64,000 bases of DNA, taken from positions 512,001 through 576,000 of the forward strand of contig CBDBCZ010000015.1 in NCBI GenBank assembly GCA_965203295.1, read 5' to 3'. A program made the translations under genes and the position numbers. Position 1 is the first letter of the stretch; every line of letters begins with the position of its first letter. Of the stretch, positions 60,178 to 64,000 are shown in pieces. The notes beneath the pieces were generated by a model. The model was not told the origin of the DNA. It saw only the letters and a program-made list of their open reading frames with translations, and did not search any database. This DNA is from Nitrospirales bacterium (GTDB lineage: Bacteria > Nitrospirota > Nitrospiria > Nitrospirales > UBA8639).

Positions 60178-62696
60178 CACTGTTTTAAAAGTCATTCCTT
60201 ATATTAAGGGAAAAAACTGTGTACCCCCTACACAGTTTTTCCCCTTAATATTAAGGGAAAAAAACTGTGCCTGTGCTATGTGGTGCACAATTGCTATACC
60301 CCTTATATTAAGGGGAAAAACTGTGTACCCACACACAATATTTTCCCTTATACTAAGGGGAAAAACTGTGTACCCCTAACACAAAAACTGTGTCAAACAC
60401 TGTAGCTGTAAAGGCCATGTGGTATTTTCCTTTGATTAACTAATTATTGCATGGAGCACATACCAACCTGTGCCAGAAGAGGTATCACTCTGCATATCTG
60501 ATTCTGGTGTTAAAAAAACAGTTTGCCAGATTTTGAAAAGCAAGCAGACAAGCTAAGAGGGGCAGTTAGGTTGCTAGCCTAAGTGAAGAAAGACAGGACA
60601 AAATATTGAACAAGAAGGCTCAGAGGCTGTCACTATGATGTTTCCAGAAGATACAGACTGGCTCAAATCTAATCCATGGATAGTTCAGGTAACTGCTCTA
60701 TAGACAGTCCATACTTACCAATTTAAACATGCATTAAATTGTGTGACTACTGTCTGCTACCAGCCTAAGTCTACTGCAATGAATGTGGGCACAGCTACTG
60801 CCTCAAGCGTAGTAGCCAGAGACACCAGCACCCTGCCAGAAAAGATCACAGTTTTGTGTCCTTGATCAGTGAGTCAAGTTTTTCAGAGAAAGAAGAACAT
60901 GTGACAGCTTCACAACAAGGTATGTATAAATTAGACATGCATGTGCTTGCAGGATATGTATATACTATATTCCTCAAGCTCCCCCTGTACATGTATATGT
61001 GGTGATCTAGATCTCAGTCCATTTGTATTTTCAATCACAACTGGTGGAGAGGGGGGAGGCTTATTTTGCCTACGCATACCAAACTTGTCCTCTGATCCTA
61101 AGAACTTAACACTCCTACTTTAACACTTCCGTTTACAGAAGAAAGAGATACCCAGCTGCTTGGGTTGCTTGTGAAAAACTTTGGCTTGACTGCATTCAAG
61201 AACTGGCAACTCGATGCCATCAAGACAGTCATCAACGGCAAGAACACTCTTGTTATCCAGCCTACTGGAAGTGGGAAAAGCCTGTGCTTTAGTTTCCCAC
61301 CCTTTGCCAACGAGAAGCTCTCAGTAGTGATAACCCCCACTGTCATCCTTATGGTTGACCAAGTCAAAGGCTTGATGGAGCATGGCATTAGTGCAGCACA
61401 CTTAGGTGGCGGGAAGAAAGATTTTGAAGTGCTCCCTGACCTGCAGTCTGGCAAGTACAGAGTCATATTTGTAACGCCCGAGAAGTTTTTTATGCCGAAT
61501 GGTCAGCCATACCAGCATTTCACCAACTTGGCATCTGCTGGAAAGATCGGCCTGCTGGCAATTGACGAAGCTCACCTCGTGATAAGCTGGTGTTCATTCA
61601 GGTAAGTCTTTAATGGTAGAAAACTGGTTTATTTAATTTGTGTGATGCATTTTAAAGTTTTGCACTCCTCTGTTTTATCTACTGAATGGTCACTATAGGA
61701 AGTCTTTTGACCACATCAGTCGTCTGCCGAAGCTCTTCCCAAATGTTCCCTTGATGGCCCTGACCGCTACAGCAACCCCTGCTGTAAAAGGAGATGCTGC
61801 GTTACCTACTCGGCAGGGACTGTACTATCGTGCAGTCAAGCGTTAACAGACCCAACATCTACCTGGAGGCTCACGAGCTAAAGCTACCCCAGAATGACCC
61901 AAAACATGGTGAGTTTGTGACACTGCAGTAATACCTCATGTGTGGTGATGTACCAAAAGCCATTATTCGTACAATAATTTGATACACTTTTCAGGGAAGA
62001 ATCGTCATGCGAGGCTGGCAACTGTGATACAGGAGCACATTCGACAAACGAACGCAATGGTCTACCTCGACTTCATTGACGATGTGAATGGGCTAACAAT
62101 TGCACTGAGGGAGAAAGGAGTCCAGAGAGCAGCCTACCATGGAGACAAAATGTCTACACACGACAAGGCCAAAGTCATCGCCAACTGTTATATCATGCTG
62201 TTACAATTGTTTTCCAATGAGAAGATATTATGGTTATTTCCACAGTACATTGACTGCATTGGGGGTGTGGTACGATATTAATTAAGGGAATTAATGTTCC
62301 ATGTGGGGCACACAGTTTTTTCCCTTAGTATTAAGGGAAAATATTGTGTATGGGGTACACGGTTTTTTCCCTTAGTATTAAGGGAAAATATTGTGAATGG
62401 GGTACACAGTTTTTTCCCTTAATAATAAGGAGAAATATTGTGGGTACACAGTTTTTCCCCTTAATATAAGGGGTATAGCAATTGTGCACCACATAGCACA
62501 GGCACAGTTTTTTCCCTTAATATTAAGGGAAAAAACTGTGTAGGGGGTACACAGTTTTTCCCCTTAATATAAGAGGTATAGCAATTGTGTACCACATAGC
62601 ACAGGCACAGTTTTTTCCCTTAATATTAAGGGAAAAAGCTGTGCAGGAGGTACGCAGTTTTCCCCCTTAATATAAGGAATAACTTTCAAAACAGTG
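60178..62696. mobile_element. Non-autonomous CACTG (EnSpm/CACTA-type) element with subterminal repeat arrays and RecQ cargo
   Basis: TIR CACTGTTTTAAAAGTCATTCCTTATATTAAGGG / CCCTTAATATAAGGAATAACTTTCAAAACAGTG; TA on both flanks; arrays of AAGGGAAAAAACTGTG at 60200-60392 and 62280-62675. Confidence 0.88.
61130..62187 (+). pseudogene. RecQ-family DEAH helicase fragment (motifs 0-IV), intron-containing, frameshifted and 3'-truncated
   Basis: FG..FKNWQ, QPTGSGKSLCF, VITPT..LMVDQV, VTPE, AIDEAH..SW..FR | intron 61602-61698 | PLMALTATAT, frameshift ~61790, SSVNRPNIYL | intron 61909-61994 | AMVY..AAYHG; further candidate exons from ~60440. Confidence 0.9.
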
Positions 62697-64000
62697 TAAT
62701 TTTTACCCAACCTGGCTCAGAGGTGGTGAAGCTCCCATCACAACACACCCTGCGTGACTGCATGCACTTATCAAATGCAAGTCGTGGGTTTTCTAAGAAA
62801 GTCGACGACATGCTGGTTGAAGCTGCTGAGGTGAAGAGCTGTCTCGAGCACAACAAGTATGCTTTGCTGCTTCTGGATAGGATACATGTACGCAAAGACC
62901 TTGTTTATTACAAATGCACCGGTGAGCTTATCGGCTTCACCAACCTTGGTGACATCAAGGATCACCTATGAAATGGCTATCAGTGGTGGTGTGCAGCCAC
63001 TGTCCCAGGCGATATCTGTGCTGGTTTTCATGTTGTTGAGACTGTTCAACAAGTTGTAGGTCCCCTATCCATAGATCCCATGCAGTACTCTGACACGAGA
63101 GAAGCCGTACACGCCATTCTGGGATGCTGTGTGCGCAGAAATGAAAGTCATGGCCCGAAGGCTAGTACATTAACGCATGTTTATGGTTTAAAAAGCACTT
63201 TACCAAAAAGTGTAAAAACAAACCATGTAGGGATGCACTTCCACCAAAAAACACTTCCCCAAAAACCAAGGAAACAAGCGACAATGCACACCACAATGCA
63301 TGTGCAGACTACCCACACATTACATCGCAATGCATTTACCGCGTAGCTACCATCCCTATACTATGCAAAGTGCTTTTCCTGTAACTTGTTTTGGGGTGTT
63401 TTTTGGAGGTGGTAACAAATGTGTAGGTGTAAATGTGTGTGGTGAATGGTGTTGGAATGGAATGTGTTTGAGGATGTTGTGTGTACATGTAGCAGGGATT
63501 TCAATTTGTACTCCAGTCGACATCAGGAAGGTCTTTGCCTGCATGTGTATGGGGGATGGTAATTTGTATGCAGTATGCCTAATTATTTAAGGGCCGAAAT
63601 GATACACTCAAAACCGACAAAGTATAAAGGCAGTTACCAGGGCAGCTTTTCGTACTAGCTAGAGCGGAAAGAAAAGGGCAGCCACACGTACCAGTTACAT
63701 AGATTACCATGACAAGAGACCTTGTAATTTCAAGACCAGCAACCACATGAAGGAACGCGAGAACCTTGCTTTCATGCACTTTCACACTTCCACTCGAGTC
63801 TGGAGATCAGCGATTTTTGTCTTTAAATAACGCCCTTGACAACGTTCTTCGAGAGCTGCGGTTGCAAGGAGTTGACTAAGGAAGCACAGCCATTCACAAA
63901 AGCGGAAGAAGAAATGCTAAGGAAGTCGGGTGTGCTGTCAACAAAGAATGCGAAGATATTGTTGCGTGCAGTTTTTTTTTCCAAATGGAAAGAACTTTTG

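Larger units (their letters stand above)
59915..63150 (+). pseudogene. P-element/THAP9-like transposase pseudogene, split by the CACTG element
   Basis: Left: SFQELFWQQQKTAASRGDSQGVRWHLL..CLYIHH. Right: KLPSQHTLRD..LLLLDRIHVRKDLVY..TGELIGFTNLGDI..VLVFML..PFWDAV. These are consecutive segments of this transposase family. Confidence 0.82.

Noticed and set aside
61165..62281. Functional host RECQL/BLM/WRN orthologue
   Set aside because: Frameshifted, lacks motifs V-VI and is enclosed by TE termini, so no gene symbol was assigned

Overview
Repeat-dense eukaryotic (animal) genomic DNA. A demosponge-like origin is inferred from TE family composition only, and nothing suggests a prokaryotic system. 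One apparently intact host gene is present: the first four coding exons of a ULK3 kinase on the minus strand (27279 to 3711), which probably continues beyond the window start and has two ~10.5 kb TE-filled introns. A degenerate multi-exon ABCG2/white-like fragment covering only the membrane domain lies at 31.6-36.4 kb (minus). The rest is nested mobile DNA: LINE and CRE-like RT remnants, a Penelope GIY-YIG fragment, P-element (THAP9-like), hAT, piggyBac, Crypton and Academ remnants, an STPR-repeat Helentron with DINE/HINE-like derivatives, a tRNA-derived SINE and many MITEs. A compound satellite occupies 49-57 kb. The most notable structures are: (1) a TIR-bounded CACTG (EnSpm/CACTA-type) element carrying an intron-containing RecQ helicase gene fragment, inserted into a P-transposase gene; (2) a ~2 kb palindrome whose centre is occupied by a MITE; (3) a 15-bp P-element-like excision footprint next to ULK3 exon 1; (4) a P-like element with a convergent second ORF. 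All family assignments come from motif recognition by eye, not database searches.
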